A stretch of 64,000 nucleotides of DNA from Hypanus sabinus (taxonomy: Eukaryota). A model generated the notes under the pieces. It was not told where the DNA came from and ran no database searches. It was given only the letters and a program-made list of their open reading frames with translations. Both the position numbers and the translations under genes were made by a program. The stretch covers positions 145,080,001 through 145,144,000 of the forward strand of contig NC_082715.1 in the NCBI RefSeq assembly GCF_030144855.1. The letters run 5' to 3'. Positions 26,574 to 40,600 of the stretch are shown here, one piece after another. Positions within the stretch are counted from its first letter, which is position 1. Each line of letters begins with the position of its first letter.

Positions 26574-27479
26574 AAGGTTTTTTTTCTGTTTCTTAGTTTT
26601 ATATTTTTTCCGGTCATGGGGTGGCTGTGTAAATATGCTGTACTGCATCTGCTCTACGATATGCTGTTTTGCTTTGTAAAATAAGAATAAATAATAATAA
26701 AAATTTGAATTACTAAAAAAACACCAAAAAATCAACTTAAGACCAGTGGCGTATTATTGAATCACATTGAAACACTGTAAAGGAGAAAATTCCGCTGAAA
26801 TTCAGAAACATTTTCCATCGATATTCCAAGTATCATGTTTCACTACAGAACTCCCTTTGTTCCCGCCACCCTGAGTGAAACGCCAAACAGTTGCATCGTC
26901 TGTCCACCATCACAGGCGCTTCAGATCTTCCGTGCAGCTAACACTTTAAATGCATTCTGGCAATTAAACATCAAGGCGTTTTACATTGACTTTATAAGCC
27001 TATGACATGTAGCACGGAAAAGCTTTTACCCGAAGAGTCTAACACAACATTCTGTGGATTATATTGATGATACTTTCCACTTCGGAGACGAGGGTGCAAC
27101 ATAGCAGAAACATGAGGGTGAATTTCCGAGTTATATTTGGTAAATAACAAATGGATACGCCTCAGAGACTCAACTCAAATTCCTTCTCAGCTTTCCTTAT
27201 AACTTTTCTGTATTCTCGCAATAATCAATTCGTAATAAGCTAGTCTATTTGTTTCTCTGTTGTCAGTTAATCACTTCGTATTTCTGGTCAGACGCAACCC
27301 TTCTCCCCTCAGCTATTCCTTCCTGTGGCAACCTCATACTGACAGTACTTCAGCCGCTTCGTCCCATTTTGATTTATGTTCGTTTATGTGCCCCCTATGC
27401 ATTTGTATGTGGGGGGTGGAGTTTGGTGCTCTGTGGAACTGTGCAAATGTGAGTGACAGTGAACCTGTGAATCGGTCAG

Positions 27480-28205
27480 AAATTGGTAAATTTTCAAATT
27501 TCTTAATTGTTGTCCCATGTACCGAGGTGCAGAGAACAAACTATTTTGCAGGCCATTCATGCAGATCAGTTCATCAGTGCATTGAGATAGCACAAGCGAG
27601 CAGAATAAATTGTTACAGTTACAGAAAAAGTGCATTAATGGTAGGCAGTAAGGTGCAAGGGCATAACGTCGTAGATTGTGAGTTCAATAGTCTTTCTGAT
27701 CGCAATAGGGAAGCATTAAGTGGTCACATAACACCGAGACAGACGCTGACCTTGAGTCTGGTGGTATGTGTCTTTAAGGCTTTTGGATCTTTTGCCCGAT
27801 GGGATGGAGGAGAAGAAAGAATGAGAGAATGGTTGACGTCTTTGCCTATATTGACTGCTTTGCCGAGGCAGCGACAGTGTACACAGAATCCATGGAGGGG
27901 AGTTGGCTTCCGTGATGTGCTGAGCTCTATGCGCAACTCTCTTTAGTTTATTTCAATTACCAGCAGAGCAGACACCATACCCAGCCGTGATGCATCCAGA
28001 CACAATTCATCGATAAAAATTGCTGAGAGTCAAAGTTAGAGCGCCAGTGAGCGCTCTTTGCCGTGACATCTACGTGGTTGGACCAGGATAGGTTGTTGGT
28101 GACGGCCTCTCCACTGAACTTGAATTTCTCAACCCTCCCGATCTCAGCATCTTTTACATAGTTGCCCCGCCCATTTCCTGAATCAAGATCCAATTCATTC
28201 GTGAG
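27480..28205 (-). mobile_element. Rex1/Babar-type LINE fragment upstream of VJ2
   Basis: Paralogue of 1155-1880 (ORF 27957-28193). Confidence 0.65.
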
Positions 28206-28210
28206 TAGAG

Positions 28211-28218
28211 ATCTGCAT
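28211..28218 (+). promoter_or_regulatory. Octamer-like ATCTGCAT
   Basis: Conserved position about 120 bp upstream of the ATG at 28338. Confidence 0.55.
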
Positions 28219-28337
28219 GAATATATATTTCAGTCACTTTGCAGTCTTCCACAGTTCTTAAGGAGCAGCTTCGAAAGCCCTGAACAGGACTTGTGCCCGA
28301 AAGCCTTTGACTTCTGATTCTTCTTGTCAGCTTCACC

Positions 28338-28386
28338 ATGGCTGAATGGGTCCTGCTTCTTGCCGCGTTTGTGCCCTGTTTGTTCA
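28338..28386 (+). CDS. Leader exon, gene 2 (MAEWVLLLAAFVPCLF)
   Basis: ttcaccATGG, GTAAGT donor at 28387, 88-nt intron with AG at 28473-28474. Confidence 0.93.
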
Positions 28387-28474
28387 GTAAGTAGAATACT
28401 TAATCCTTTATACTGTCATTTATTTCGTGTTTTTTACTTAAGGGTTTTAAATAATTATTTGTTATTTTCACCAG

Positions 28475-28825
28475 TTGCAAACGCGGAGGTGACTTTGACT
28501 CCTCAGACTCCGTCCGTATCGGCGACTCCGGGTACAACCGTGAAAATCACTTGTACCATGTCAGGGGGTAGCATCGGCAGCTATTACACGAGCTGGTACA
28601 TGCAGAAACCCGGCAGCTCCCCAATTTTTGTGTGGTATGAAAGCTCCACGAGAGGATCGGGAATTCCAGATCGTTTTACCGGTTCCACAGACTCATCGAA
28701 CAACAAAATGCATTTAACCATCACCAACGCTCAAAGGGAGGACGCCGCCGATTATTACTGTGGTGTCATATATAGTAGCACCTCCCCATTCACCTTTGGG
28801 GGAGGAACCAAACTGAATTTCAACA
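28475..28825 (+). CDS. IGLV: Germline-joined VJ exon, gene 2; CDR3 GVIYSSTSPFT; one extra codon in FR1
   Basis: Open frame with ITC, WY, YYC and FGGGTKL. Donor GTAAGT at 28826. Confidence 0.95.
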
Positions 28826-29477
28826 GTAAGTAAATATTTGTAGGGGTCTAAACACCTCTTGATTTTGTTTGGATTTTTATTCGTTTGAACCTTGGAATAA
28901 TATTATCAATGCTGATGCTTCGATAAGGTTTACAGGACGCTTCTCATTGTATCTTTACAATACCGCAGGGAGAAATCTAGCACATATGCATCCTGTTTGC
29001 TTGGTAGGGTTACTTAATTTAGCTGAAAAATATCTTCAAAACAGCCTGAGTTCATTGCCATGACATTTTTAAAATAGCTTCGTGAATAGATGCTTCGTGC
29101 TATTAGCAAGTGTTTCTTCAAAGTTTCCCAGGGAACAGATGTATTAAAATAGATTCCGAACACTCCGGTTTTGCATTAGACAACCGATTTGAAGTCGAGT
29201 TTAGAGCCCGCAAGTTCCTGCACAAATGATCTGAATACCAATCGTCTGGAATATATTTCGTTAGTTTTTAAAATTTTAATTCTGCTAGTATTACTTTATT
29301 TTGTGTACATTGTGTTGTGCAGCTTGGTCTCTTTAAATCATTGTTATGTTTGACCGGCTACATGTAAACAGTTGACTGACGTTACAATTGATCCTGAACC
29401 TGAAACTTAATGGGGACAAGAGCCGAGCTGCGAATGTTACCGAATTGCGATAGAGAACTGTTATTTCCTTAAGACGG

Positions 29478-31115
29478 TAAAACCTCGGAAAAGAATTCGA
29501 CCCCATGAGTCTGCTACGTCATTTGATCGTCGCTGGTATATTTTCTCCCAAGCTCATTCTCCTGACTTCTCTCCATAACCTTTTCTGCCATTGCTAATCA
29601 AGAGACTATACACTCAGTTTTAAATTTACCCAAAGATTTGGTCTCCACAGCATCCTTTGGGAATAAATAGATTCAGCACTTTACGGATAAATCAAATTCT
29701 GCTCATCTCTGTTCTAAAGGGCTATCCTTATATTCAAAGGATTTTCTCTCAGTTCTAGCCTCTCACACTATAGGGGGCATCCTCCCACTTCCACTCAAAC
29801 TAGCTCTTTCAGTATTCGGTAGGTTAAAATGAGACTTCATCCTCCTCCCGCCCCACCACACCCCCCACCCCGGCCACCTTCCTTTTGAAATCCAGCGTGT
29901 ACAGGCCCAGGGCCATCAAATGCTCCTTATACTTTAACTGTCTTATTGTCAGCATCTTTCCTCTGGTCCCTCTCCAATGCCAGTACGCACATCTTTTCTT
30001 AGATATCTGGCCCAAAACTGCTTCCAATACTCTAAATCTGCTCTGGCTATTGTCTTTTAAAATATTAGCATTAAATCTTTGCTTTTATATTCTGCTCATC
30101 TCGAAATAAATACTAAGCTTGGTTTTGCCTGCAAGTTAACATTTTGGGAATCCTGCAGGATAACTTTCAGGTCTCGTTGTACGTCCGACTTCTCAATGCG
30201 GTCCCCGTTTCGAAGTCTGTACCTTTATTCTTTCTACCATAGTCCACGACCATACGATTTCGCACACTGTACTCCATCTGTCAATTCTTTGTCCGTTCAC
30301 CTGATCCGTCAAGATCATTCTGCGGACTCCTACTGCCTCAACACTGTCTACTCCTCCACCTGTCTTTGCATCATCCGCAAACCTGGCCACAAATCCATAA
30401 ATCCCGTCGTTCAGATCATTAACATCCAGCATGAAACGTAGCAGACTCAACACCGATCCTTGCAGAACACCACTAGTCACCGGTAGCCAACCAGAACAGG
30501 TTATCCTCACGCTTTTCTCCTGCCGGTCAGCCAATGTTCCATCTATGCCTGTGATACCACGTACTCTTCTCGTGTTAAGCAGCCTGATGTGTGACACTTT
30601 GTCAATGGTCTTCTGAAAATCCAAGTCAACAACATCCACTGACTCTTATTTGTTTATCTTGCCTGGTATTCTTTAAAGGAATCTCAACAGATTTGTCAAC
30701 TAAATTTCCCCTTAAGGGAACCTTGCTGATGACGGCTGATTTGATCGTATGCCACCAAGTACCTAGAAATTTCGTCCTTACTAATGGATTCTAGCAATCT
30801 GAATATATTTAAACTTCGATTAAACGTCAGTATGTTTACTAGGAAATTGACTGGCGTCAGGCTGACTGGCCCATAATATCGTGCATTTTGCGTGCATTTC
30901 TTCTCTGAATGTGGTGTAATATTTGTGAGTTTCTAGTCCAGCGGATCCATGGGCACATTCTTGAAAGATCGTTACCAATGCCTTTCTAATCTATCCAGCT
31001 AACGCCTGCAGAATCCTGGAGTGTAGTCCATCTAGTTCGTCGACTTATCTAACTTCAGACCTTTCAGCCTCCCAAGCTCCTTCTCCTTCGTCCTAGCAAC
31101 TACTATCACTTATGT
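29478..31115 (-). mobile_element. CR1-clade LINE in the J-C intron of gene 2
   Basis: ORF 30193-30639 has DFQKTIDKVSH, GVLQGSVL and FADDAK. Confidence 0.8.
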
Positions 31116-32078
31116 TTAATTTCCTACGAAATACTACAGTTAAACGATTTCTTTGTAAATTCTGTTCTTTAGTCTTGATATCTTATTGTGTGAAAGGGTT
31201 CAACTTTTCCAATTAATGAAAAAATGATTCTAAGAATCTTGACCCAGCTATCCACATCTTCTGGATTTCATAGACCTCCGAGAGTTGTTATCGGCTTTTT
31301 CTTCAGTGTGTATAACCCCGGACCAAACAACTCTTTCGGAATTATTTGAGGGACTAAAAACTAGAAAATCCAAGTATAAAACCTTAACTGATATTATTTA
31401 TTCCCATTAAAATATTTACATTATTTTTAGCCATTCACATTCCCTCCTTTACTGAGGCAAATTGAGGCATCTCCGAGAGGAGACAAAGGCACAGCATGTC
31501 AATCAAATCCACCGCCATCTCTCTTGCTTTTTACGTGAATAGCTGCGACGACATTTCGGAGTTTTGCCACGCGCTTTGCCATATCTCTTTCGGAGTTTCT
31601 TATTGGTTCTGTGTTTCATGTCTTTACGATTTTAACACCATGGACCGTGTCAATAATCTGTCACAATATTAACTATAGAATAGTTACATCAGATTAGAAC
31701 GGGGTATCATGGGATATATAAAGTATAGCTTATGTATATAGGAGAGCATTTCACGAATGGATGGGTTCTGTCAGCCATTGTTCAGAAGCCTCTCCAGTCG
31801 GATTTTGTTTTACCATTCCATCGATTTATTTTATTTTATTGCTTTGAATTTTGCTGTTATGAAAAACCCTTTCGTTACTTTGTAGCTATTTCTGATGTTC
31901 ATCATGAATTGGCTTTGATGCGTTTGTTGAAGATCAAAATGCATTAATGAAATACAGTTGTGATCGGGTTCTCATGCGTTCTCACTTTTATGGTTGTAAA
32001 ATCGTTGAAAAAAGACAAAGTTGATTCCTATTTATATCAATTAATAATTCATTTCCCTGCACTTCTTTCTATTTACAG

Positions 32079-32401
32079 GTCCGCGAAAACCCGCCCTATC
32101 CGTACTCCGACCGTCTGCGGAAGAAATTCGGGGACAGGGCACCGCAACCCTGGTGTGTTTAGTGAGCGGGTTTAATCCGGCCGCTGTGAATATCGAGTGG
32201 ACTGTGGACGGCAGTACGAGAAGGAATGGCGTTGAGACCAGCCGAATCCAGCAGGACGCCGACAACACGTTCAGTGCGAGCAGTTACCTGACTCTGCCAG
32301 CCTCAGACTGGAACTCACACGAGCTTTACTCCTGCGTGGTTAAACATGAGACTCAGGCAACCCCATTTCAAACAAACATCGCGCGATCCAGCTGTATGTA
32401 A
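32079..32401 (+). CDS. IGLC: Ig lambda-type constant exon C3, completes gene 2
   Basis: AG at 32077-32078, intact frame SPRKPALSVLRPS...RSSCM*. Confidence 0.95.
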
Positions 32402-34369
32402 TACAATATGTTTAGAGGCTGTTTCTTTAAAAGAAAACAAACGAATTTCATGTACGGATGTTAAACTTTTGATTGTAGCTGACACATTTCGCAACCGGGA
32501 GAAACAGGCATTGCGTCCTACTGGACGTTCTTAAATAGCATTCGGTCTGAAATTAATATCGTCCATGTAATTTTATCCCAAAATAATTAAAATCTACCCG
32601 ATCTACTGTGGCGCTTTTGCCATGTTCAATATGTCCGAAAATAGCATCATTTTTCAAAAGTTTGCATAGATAGTGAAGATGATCAAACTTTGGCATACGC
32701 TGAAATAAAATAGACAACGTCTCTTACACGTTGTGTTAGTTATTGGGTAACTGAAGAAGTCATAATCACTATGGCTACAGCAGGTCAAGTGCTGTAATTA
32801 CTTGTCAGCGAAATTTTCATACATAGTAAAAGAAATCCTGATACTGCCTGTATTTGAACATCGTAGGCATATTCGATTTCCAATTTTAGCATTGTATTCT
32901 TCATGGAAATGGCTTTTCTACAGCTGGTCATATTCGGAGAGACAAGGGCTTCTGTACCCTGTGACAGCAGCGGCGCAGAGCAGAATAGCACTTATTAGAG
33001 TTCAAACTAATGAAATTTTTGCTTAAGTGTGTTTCGGAACTACAGTTTTCATTCAAGGTGATTTCGGCTTACCATACCTAACAAGCATTAGAAATGGTAG
33101 TCCAAAGCATTTCTAGTAAATCCAGTCTGAGGGTGGCTGATTATCTAAAGCTACTTCGGCATTCAAAACAGAGAAGCGCTGAAGGTAGTGCACTGACATC
33201 TGTATATTAGTTTGTATAATATACATAAAGATAGCTTTCTGTATGAAATTTAGAACACCGTGGCCATAGTATAGAGGTCGAGAGAACGGTATCGTAAACA
33301 TAAGATAAATATGTCCAATAAGTAACGTAAAAGATCATTTTCAGGCGAATGAGAATACGAATTGTACTCATGTCTTTCTAACAGGTTATACACGTTGTTT
33401 TATCTCGATAAGAAAAGAATAGCAGGAGCAAGTTTGCAACTAATCATTGAAATTCATACATGGGTTATTGAAACGGGGACATTAATATCACGTGGTCCTC
33501 ATCAGCCACTCTGGACTGAGGCCGTTGAACTTGCCTTCTCTGAGTATGGAAGGCCTAAGGGGTTCCCTGTATCTTTACAGCTGCACAGACCAACCATTGC
33601 TCTGAGCGACATTTTTACACGGGCTGCAAACTGCACAGTACTTTAAAATCACATTATATAAAAGTAAATTCCAGTTTCCCGCCAGAAAGTCTGTGTGCGG
33701 GGTGGGTGGGGCGCATTCCAGTTACTGCGCGGCAGCTGCACGGTTGTACTTGCTGTGGCAGACCATGCAGTGTTGTGATAGGACGATAAAATGACCAGAA
33801 CTGCACTGGGAGATTTTGTCAAAGGGCGTGGCTCATTCACTTTTTTTCTAACATACGCATAAAATCTTAAAATATATTTAACAATTAATAAATCAAATAG
33901 TAATTAAATGCCCAAACGATTTAAAACGAAAACACACACGAATGGATAAAATGCAATGCATCCGCCGCATCCTTTTTTCATACATCTTCACAATCCGCAA
34001 TGAAGCAAATTACCTCTGGAATTTCTGCGTCTGGTACGAAGACAAAGTGAAAGAGTGCAGTAAGTTCCACTCGATTGCTGAATACTTGGAGAGTCGAGAA
34101 GTGGAAAAGCTGCGGAATGCAGATGGAGATCAGGCAGATGGATTGAATTCTGCCAGTAACAATATCGTGAAATGTTGACATTTCCACGTAAAAATTACAG
34201 CCCATCCAAAAAAATGTTGGGGTTCGATGACAGGAATGTTTTTATTAACAATACATTCCAAGCTGTTGATCAGCTCACAGATTGCGCTGCCCGCATACTG
34301 GAGAGGTGGTCTAAACAGAGAAATATATGATTGATTGCGGTTAGTATGATTGAAAAGCGTATACAGAAA

Positions 34370-37300
34370 CGTTAACCCTAGCACAGGCCTTTTGGCCCAC
34401 GATGTTTTGCCCACATTTTAACTTAATCCAAGATCATTCTAACCATTCCCTTCCACAGAGACCTCCATTTTTTTTTTCATCCATTGGCCTAAGAGTTTCT
34501 TAAATGTCCCTGATATATATTTGCCTCTACCACCGCACTGGCAAGGCTTTCCACGAACATACCACTCTGCGTAAAGAATATACCTCTGACACCCTCCATG
34601 TTTTCGTCCGATCACTTTAAAAGTCTGCACTCTCGAAAGTACCACTGCCACCCTAGGCAAAAGGCGCTGGCTATCCATTCTGTCTGCTCCTCGTATCTTA
34701 TGCACCCCTGTCAGGTCGTCTTTCAACCGACTTCATTCCAAAGCGAAAAGCCCTAACTCACTCAACCTATCCTGATAAGACATATTATCTAATGCAAGCG
34801 GCATCGTGGTAAATCTCCTCTAAACGCTCTCTACAGATTCCACGTGCTTCCTATTCTGAACAGAATCAAACACAACAATGTAGGTGTAGTTTGAACATAA
34901 TTTTATGGAAATAGAACACTTGCTGGCGGCCCTTGAACTCGATTCCCTGACTAATACAGTCTAAGTGCCTTCTAAGCAACCTTATCGACATGTGCAGAAA
35001 TTTTTGAGAGATCTATGCGAGTGGACCCCAGGATCTCTTTGTCCTCTACACTGCTAAGAATCTTCTCTTTAACCGTGTACTGCGCCTTTGATTACACTCT
35101 TCCAAAGTCCATTATTTCACATTCTTCCGCACTGAAAACCATCTGATACTTAACAGCCCATCTATGCGTTCCATCAATGATCCCATTGTAAACTACGACA
35201 ATCTTAACCACACCACCAACAGCCTTGTGTCAACCGTCCCATCGCCCTGTCCTTAGACCATAGCTCTCCGTACCCGTCCCAACTATATTCTTTTGATATT
35301 AAAAACTTATATTAAATATTGAACTCGAATCGCTTGCACTACTTCCACTGGCATCTCGTTCCACACTCTCACTACTGTCTGTGAAGAAGCTCCTCCTCAC
35401 GTTTCCCCTAAACATTTCACCTTTCACCCTCAGCCCATGACCTTTAATTCTAGTCGCACCCAACCCGAGTGTGAAAAGCCTGCTTACATTTACCTTATCT
35501 ATTCACCACATCATTTTGTATATCTCTATCCAATCTCCACTCATTCTCCTATGCTCCAAGGAAGAAAGTGCTAGTCTGTTCAACCTTTGCACATAACTTG
35601 GGTCCTCAGGTCGAGAAATCATCCTTATAAATTATCTCGGTACTCATTCAATTTTGTTGACATTTTCGCTGAAAGTAGGAAGTTGTCCAGAGCAGCACAC
35701 AATATCGGAAAACCTTACTAACATCCATGTACAGACGTCTGACAGACAGACAGACATACTCTATTGATCCCGAGGGAAATTTTGATTCCTTACGGTCGCA
35801 CCAACCAAGAACAGTGTAGAAACATAGCAATATAAAGCCATAAATAATAATAAGTAAATTATGCCAAGTGGAAATAAGTCCAGGACCAGCCTATTGGCTC
35901 GTGGTGTCTGACACTCCGAGGGAGGAGTTATAAAGTTTGATGGCCACAGGCAGGAATGACTTCCTATGACGCTCAGTGTTGCAACTCGGTGGAATGTGTC
36001 TCTGGTCTCTGGCTGAATGTACTCCTGTGCCTAACCACTACATTATGGAGTGGATGGGAGACATTGTCATGCAACTTGGACAGCACCCTCTTTACAGACA
36101 CCACCGTCAGAGAGTCCAGTTCCACCCTCACAACATCACTGGCCTTACTAATCAGTTTGTTGATTCTGTTGGTGTCTGCTGCCCTCAGCCTGCTGACCCA
36201 GCACACAACAGCAAACATGATATGTACGTCATATACACCGCTTACTCTTATTAACTTCTATAGTCACTTTCTCGAAAAAGTCAATCAGGTTCGTGAGTTA
36301 CGAACTGCCCCTCAAAAAGCTGTACTGTATGTAATCAGCTATGCTCCTGCAAATGAACATAAATTTTGCCTTTGAGAATCACTTCCAAAGTTTGACCACC
36401 ACTGACATGCAGCTCTGGTCTATAATTCCCAGGATCATTCCTAATCCATTTGTAAAACAAAGTAATAATATTTGAGACCCTCCAACCTTCTGCTACTCCT
36501 CCTGTGTCTAATGATGGCGCAAAGAATATCACCAAGAGGGAACATTCTCTTCCCTCGCTTCCCGTTTTAATCAGGGTGTACCTCATTCGGCCTGGGAGCC
36601 TTATGTCTTTATTCAAAAGTCCGATAATGTCCTATTTTTTAACGTCATATGTTCTAGTATGTCAGCCTGTTTTAGGCTGTCCATACACAAATCAAGGTTC
36701 CTCTCAGTGGTGAATACTGAAGAAAACCATTCATTAAGGAACTCCCTCCTCCGACTCCAAGCATATATTTCCTCTTCTTTTAATCACTCTAGTCATCCTT
36801 CTGTGCTTCACCTACGTGTCGAACGTCTTGAGGTTTCCCTTAATCATACTCGCCAAGCTCTTCTCTTTCCCCCCTTCTAGCTCTCCTAATTTCATTATTC
36901 AGCTCCTTCCTGGCTGCATCGTAACCCTCAAGAGTTATGTCTAATCTTTCCTTCAAAAACCTTTAGTGAACTTCTTTTATCCTCTTGGTGGGATGCTTCA
37001 CATCTCTTGTCAACCATGCTTCCTTCTCCCTACTATCCATGTTCATTTGGGAGAATCCTACCCAGAATCCCACTAGTGTTCCCTGCACAACATTCACATT
37101 TCCTTGTTCATATCCCTAATAACATTAATTCCCAATTTCTGCTCACAAGCTCATGTCTTATAGCAGCATAATTCCCTCTCCTTCAAAACCATCTGCTCTT
37201 ATCCCTCTCCAAGGGAATGGTAAATTAGGGAGTTGTGATCACCCACGAGTAATCTGACACCTGGCCTGTTCCATTGGTTAGCATTAGATCCAGTAAGGCC

Positions 37301-37720
37301 TCTCTTCTAGTTGGCCTGTCCACATATTCAGGACTCCTTCATTGACAGACCTAACAAATTCTGCCCTGTTTAAATCTTTTGCATGTAAGATAATGCCAAT
37401 CATTATTAGGGAAGTGCGTGTTTTTGCAGCTGTCCAAAATCGACCTGCCGACCTACTCGTCGATGATCCTTTTGGGAGGTGTGCGTTGTACAATACTCTC
37501 AATAGAGTGACTGCAACCCCTTCTATTTCTCAATTCCATCCACAGTGACCCATTAAACGATCTCTCCACGACATCCTCACTTCTGTAGCTGCGATACTCT
37601 CCCTGATTGGCAATAACACTACTCCATATCCTTTGCCTCCCTCCCTGACCCTTTTCGAAATATCTAAACCTGGGAACATCCAGCAGCTTTTCCTGCCTTT
37701 GTGACAATCACGTTTTGGAA
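34370..37720 (-). mobile_element. CR1 fragment mosaic in the 3' flank of gene 2 (interrupted by a Rex-type insertion)
   Basis: Paralogous to 8440-9670 plus 14550-15960. Confidence 0.7.
35733..36221 (-). mobile_element. Unit-specific 5'-truncated Rex1/Babar-type LINE insertion with a (GACA)n tail and 6-bp TSD ATGTAC
   Basis: TSD at 35727-35732 and 36222-36227. The insertion is absent from the paralogous site near 14550. The minus-strand ORF reads CWVSRLRAADTNRINKLISKAS..HPLH. Confidence 0.8.
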
Positions 37721-38989
37721 TATATTTTGGATCGGGAATTAGATCGTTTGCTCCAAGAATAAAAAGGCAAATACATGTTATCAACGTTTTTTACCTCATA
37801 GCTTTCCAATAATCTTGTTTTTGAGCAACGCATTCCCACGTGACAGACGAGTGTGTCTCTATTTGGTTCATAGAGACAAAAGCCGTAGTTTGATTAAGTC
37901 TTCGAATGCCCAGTATTTCTACGTTTTAGCAGACGAGGAATCTCCTGTTGTAACTTCTTCAGACTTGTCACATACGTGCACTCCTGCACTGAAACATTGA
38001 TAAGAGACATATCAATGGCTAACTTGGAAAATAAATCTCTATGGTATAGGTGTAATGTCTTCATTGATCAGGATTGTTATTTATGACTTGATCACATTCG
38101 TTAATTGTTAGTTCACAGCTGATGTTGATAAATCTTTTCGGCGTTGTTAAGCCATTATCTGTCGTCATCAGATCGGCCATTATATAATCGCTTGTATATC
38201 CATTCATTGGTTGAAAGCACCTGTTCGAAGTCGAAGGAATTTCAATCAATATTTGAATCTGCCTTGAGTGTGGGCAGAATAATAGGTATAACATGTTGGC
38301 ATGGATAGAAAATTGACTGACTGACAAAAAACGAAGTGCAGACATTAATGTCCGAGTCTTTGGAATGATATATCTCAGAATATGTGAAACCATTCAGGTT
38401 CTTCCACTTCGCTGATGATAAAAGGCAAATAAGTAATTACATTGTGAAGAGAAAGTCAAAAGGCTGTGGAGGGATATTGATAATCTAAGTGGGTGAGCTA
38501 AAATCCGGCAAAGCAAAAAGAGCAAAATACAAAGTGACAGAGCTGGCATGAAAAATGTTTCAACAGCATATTCTCGAAACAAGTGGAGATAGTAACTTTC
38601 CAAGTTGAAGAGGGGTAAGGGCATTTAGATCATGATCGTACGTAATTCAAAAAATGCTATTATTCAGTTGCAAGTAACTAAAAAGGCTGAGAACATGTTA
38701 AGGGAATTAAGTGCAAAATTGGAGGGCGTTATGCTTCATGTGACAGGGCAATAAAGAATCAAATGTGGACTGCGTACTGCATTAGTCTTATTTAAGAAAT
38801 TATGTAAATATGTTGGGCGTTCAGAAAAAGCTAACAAGAACGACTTCGTTGGCGGTTCGTTATCGTAGGAGAAACTATTGTATAGGCTTGACTTCTGTCG
38901 ACGAGAGTTCTCAGAGTTATGGGACTTAACTGAAATCTAGTAGTCCTTAATAACAATACGTATGCTTCTTAAACCTTGTAGTCCGAAGC

Positions 38990-39850
38990 TCTACGGCTCG
39001 AAGGGCTCATGACAATAAGTCCGGCACCTGACGTCTTGGGAAACCCGAGAGTAACACGCCTGAACACGAGACCGACAGACCTGGGGAATCCGAGACTGGC
39101 GATTCATCTCCCAACAAGGTTGGTCGTCTCGAGCTACATCTAATAAACTGGAGACAGACCTGAGGAACTCGAAATAGTCCTGGGGAATCCGAAACAGGGC
39201 TGGTCATCTCGAGATAGACATCGAATAAATTCGGAAAACATGAAATAAATCTCGGGAATATGGAATAAAACTCGCGAAAATTCAATAGTCCTCGGTAGCC
39301 TGGAGGGCCATGGGAGATCCAGGAACCCTTGACGACACTGAAATTCCTGATGAAAACATTTAATGTGGTCCAGGCTAGCTTTAAACGTGGACTCGGAACT
39401 TGGTCTCCAGAAACTCGCAATGAAGGCTCGAGACACTCGGAAGCCGACTAAAGTCCGGACGCCACCCTACAAGTTCCATTGGACCCTTGTATCGCTGCGT
39501 TTTTTTTTTAGTCACCTTGCATACTGAACGCAAGTGCATTGAAAAGACAGGCTGCCATATGGAGTTAGCAAACTGGCTATATTCATAAGAGTTCAAAATA
39601 ACCATCGGCGGCTCGGCAGAGCGATACCGAGAGAAGTAACATTTTTCAAAGGTAGGTGAACCGATAAGCAATAATCGGAAGACTGCCTAAATAAAGACAA
39701 TACGCAGAAACCGTATCCCAGTCAAAATAAACTTAACAAGTTTGAACAGAAAGCGAAAGGGTTTGACGCGTCTCGTTGAGAGAACAATTCACAAATAATG
39801 GCTTTTTAGAAAATTTGGAACCCAACATGCTGAGGCTTCCTGCACAGGTG
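38990..39850. other. Second copy of the unexplained CpG-rich repeat-containing segment
   Basis: Colinear with 17230-18130. Confidence 0.4.
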
Positions 39851-40099
39851 CGAAAAACTTATTACATCCGTTGTATGGCGGTAATCCTTTATCTTCTTCC
39901 TCAAAGTTCGCTAATGGTGACATTTGCATCCATTTTGACATATATCTGTCAATAAAAAGTCACAGGCAAAAGAATAAAGAATAAATGATAAAAGGAGAAA
40001 ATCTTTCTTAACGAATAGCCAAAACAGAGGGGCGTCCAAACACTATGCCAATGGAACTGCTCTGAAAGTTGCTCTGACAGTGAATAGATGAGAGGTGGA

Positions 40100-40600
40100 C
40101 TTACTAGCTGACAGTGTGGAAATCATAGAAGTCTCAAAGAACTCTGCGATATGAGCAGCTGCTTTGAGTGTTCTATGGACTCGGACTCCAAGATCTCTCT
40201 GATACTCCACACTGCCAAGAGTCTTACTATTAATACTATATTCTGCCATCATATTTGACCTACCAAAATGTAATACTTCACAATTATCTGGATTGAATTT
40301 CTTCTGCCACATCTCAGCACAGTTTGCAGCCTATCAATGTCCTGCTGTAACCTCCGACAGCCCTCCACACTATCCACAACACCTCCAACATTTGTGTCAT
40401 CTGCACACTTACTAATCCATTCTTCCACTTCCTCATCCAGGTCATTTATAAAAATCATGAAGAATAAGGGTCCCAGAACAGATCCCAGAGTCACCCCAAT
40501 GGAGACCGACCTCCATGCACAATATGACCCGTCTACAACCATTCTTTGCCTTATGTGGGCAAGCCAGTTCTGCATCCACAAAGCAATGTCCCCTTGGATC
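40100..40600 (-). mobile_element. CR1 RT fragment (copy A)
   Basis: ORF 40249-40668 reads [22 protein letters not shown]. Confidence 0.85.

Larger units (their letters stand above)
22104..26716 (+). mobile_element. Near full-length degenerate L1-clade LINE (5' UTR, ORF1, ORF2, 3' UTR) flanked by a 14-bp TSD
   Basis: ORF1 has IERAHR and FFPDMSRELAEKR. ORF2 EN reads ISWNINRCGNPIKRK..VQETHF, RT reads GKSPGMDGFP, NYRPISL, SLDAEKAFDRV, and a CCHC-like CWKC occurs at the C-terminus. TSD AAAAACATAAATAA at 22090-22103, degraded copy at 26717-26730. Confidence 0.92.
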
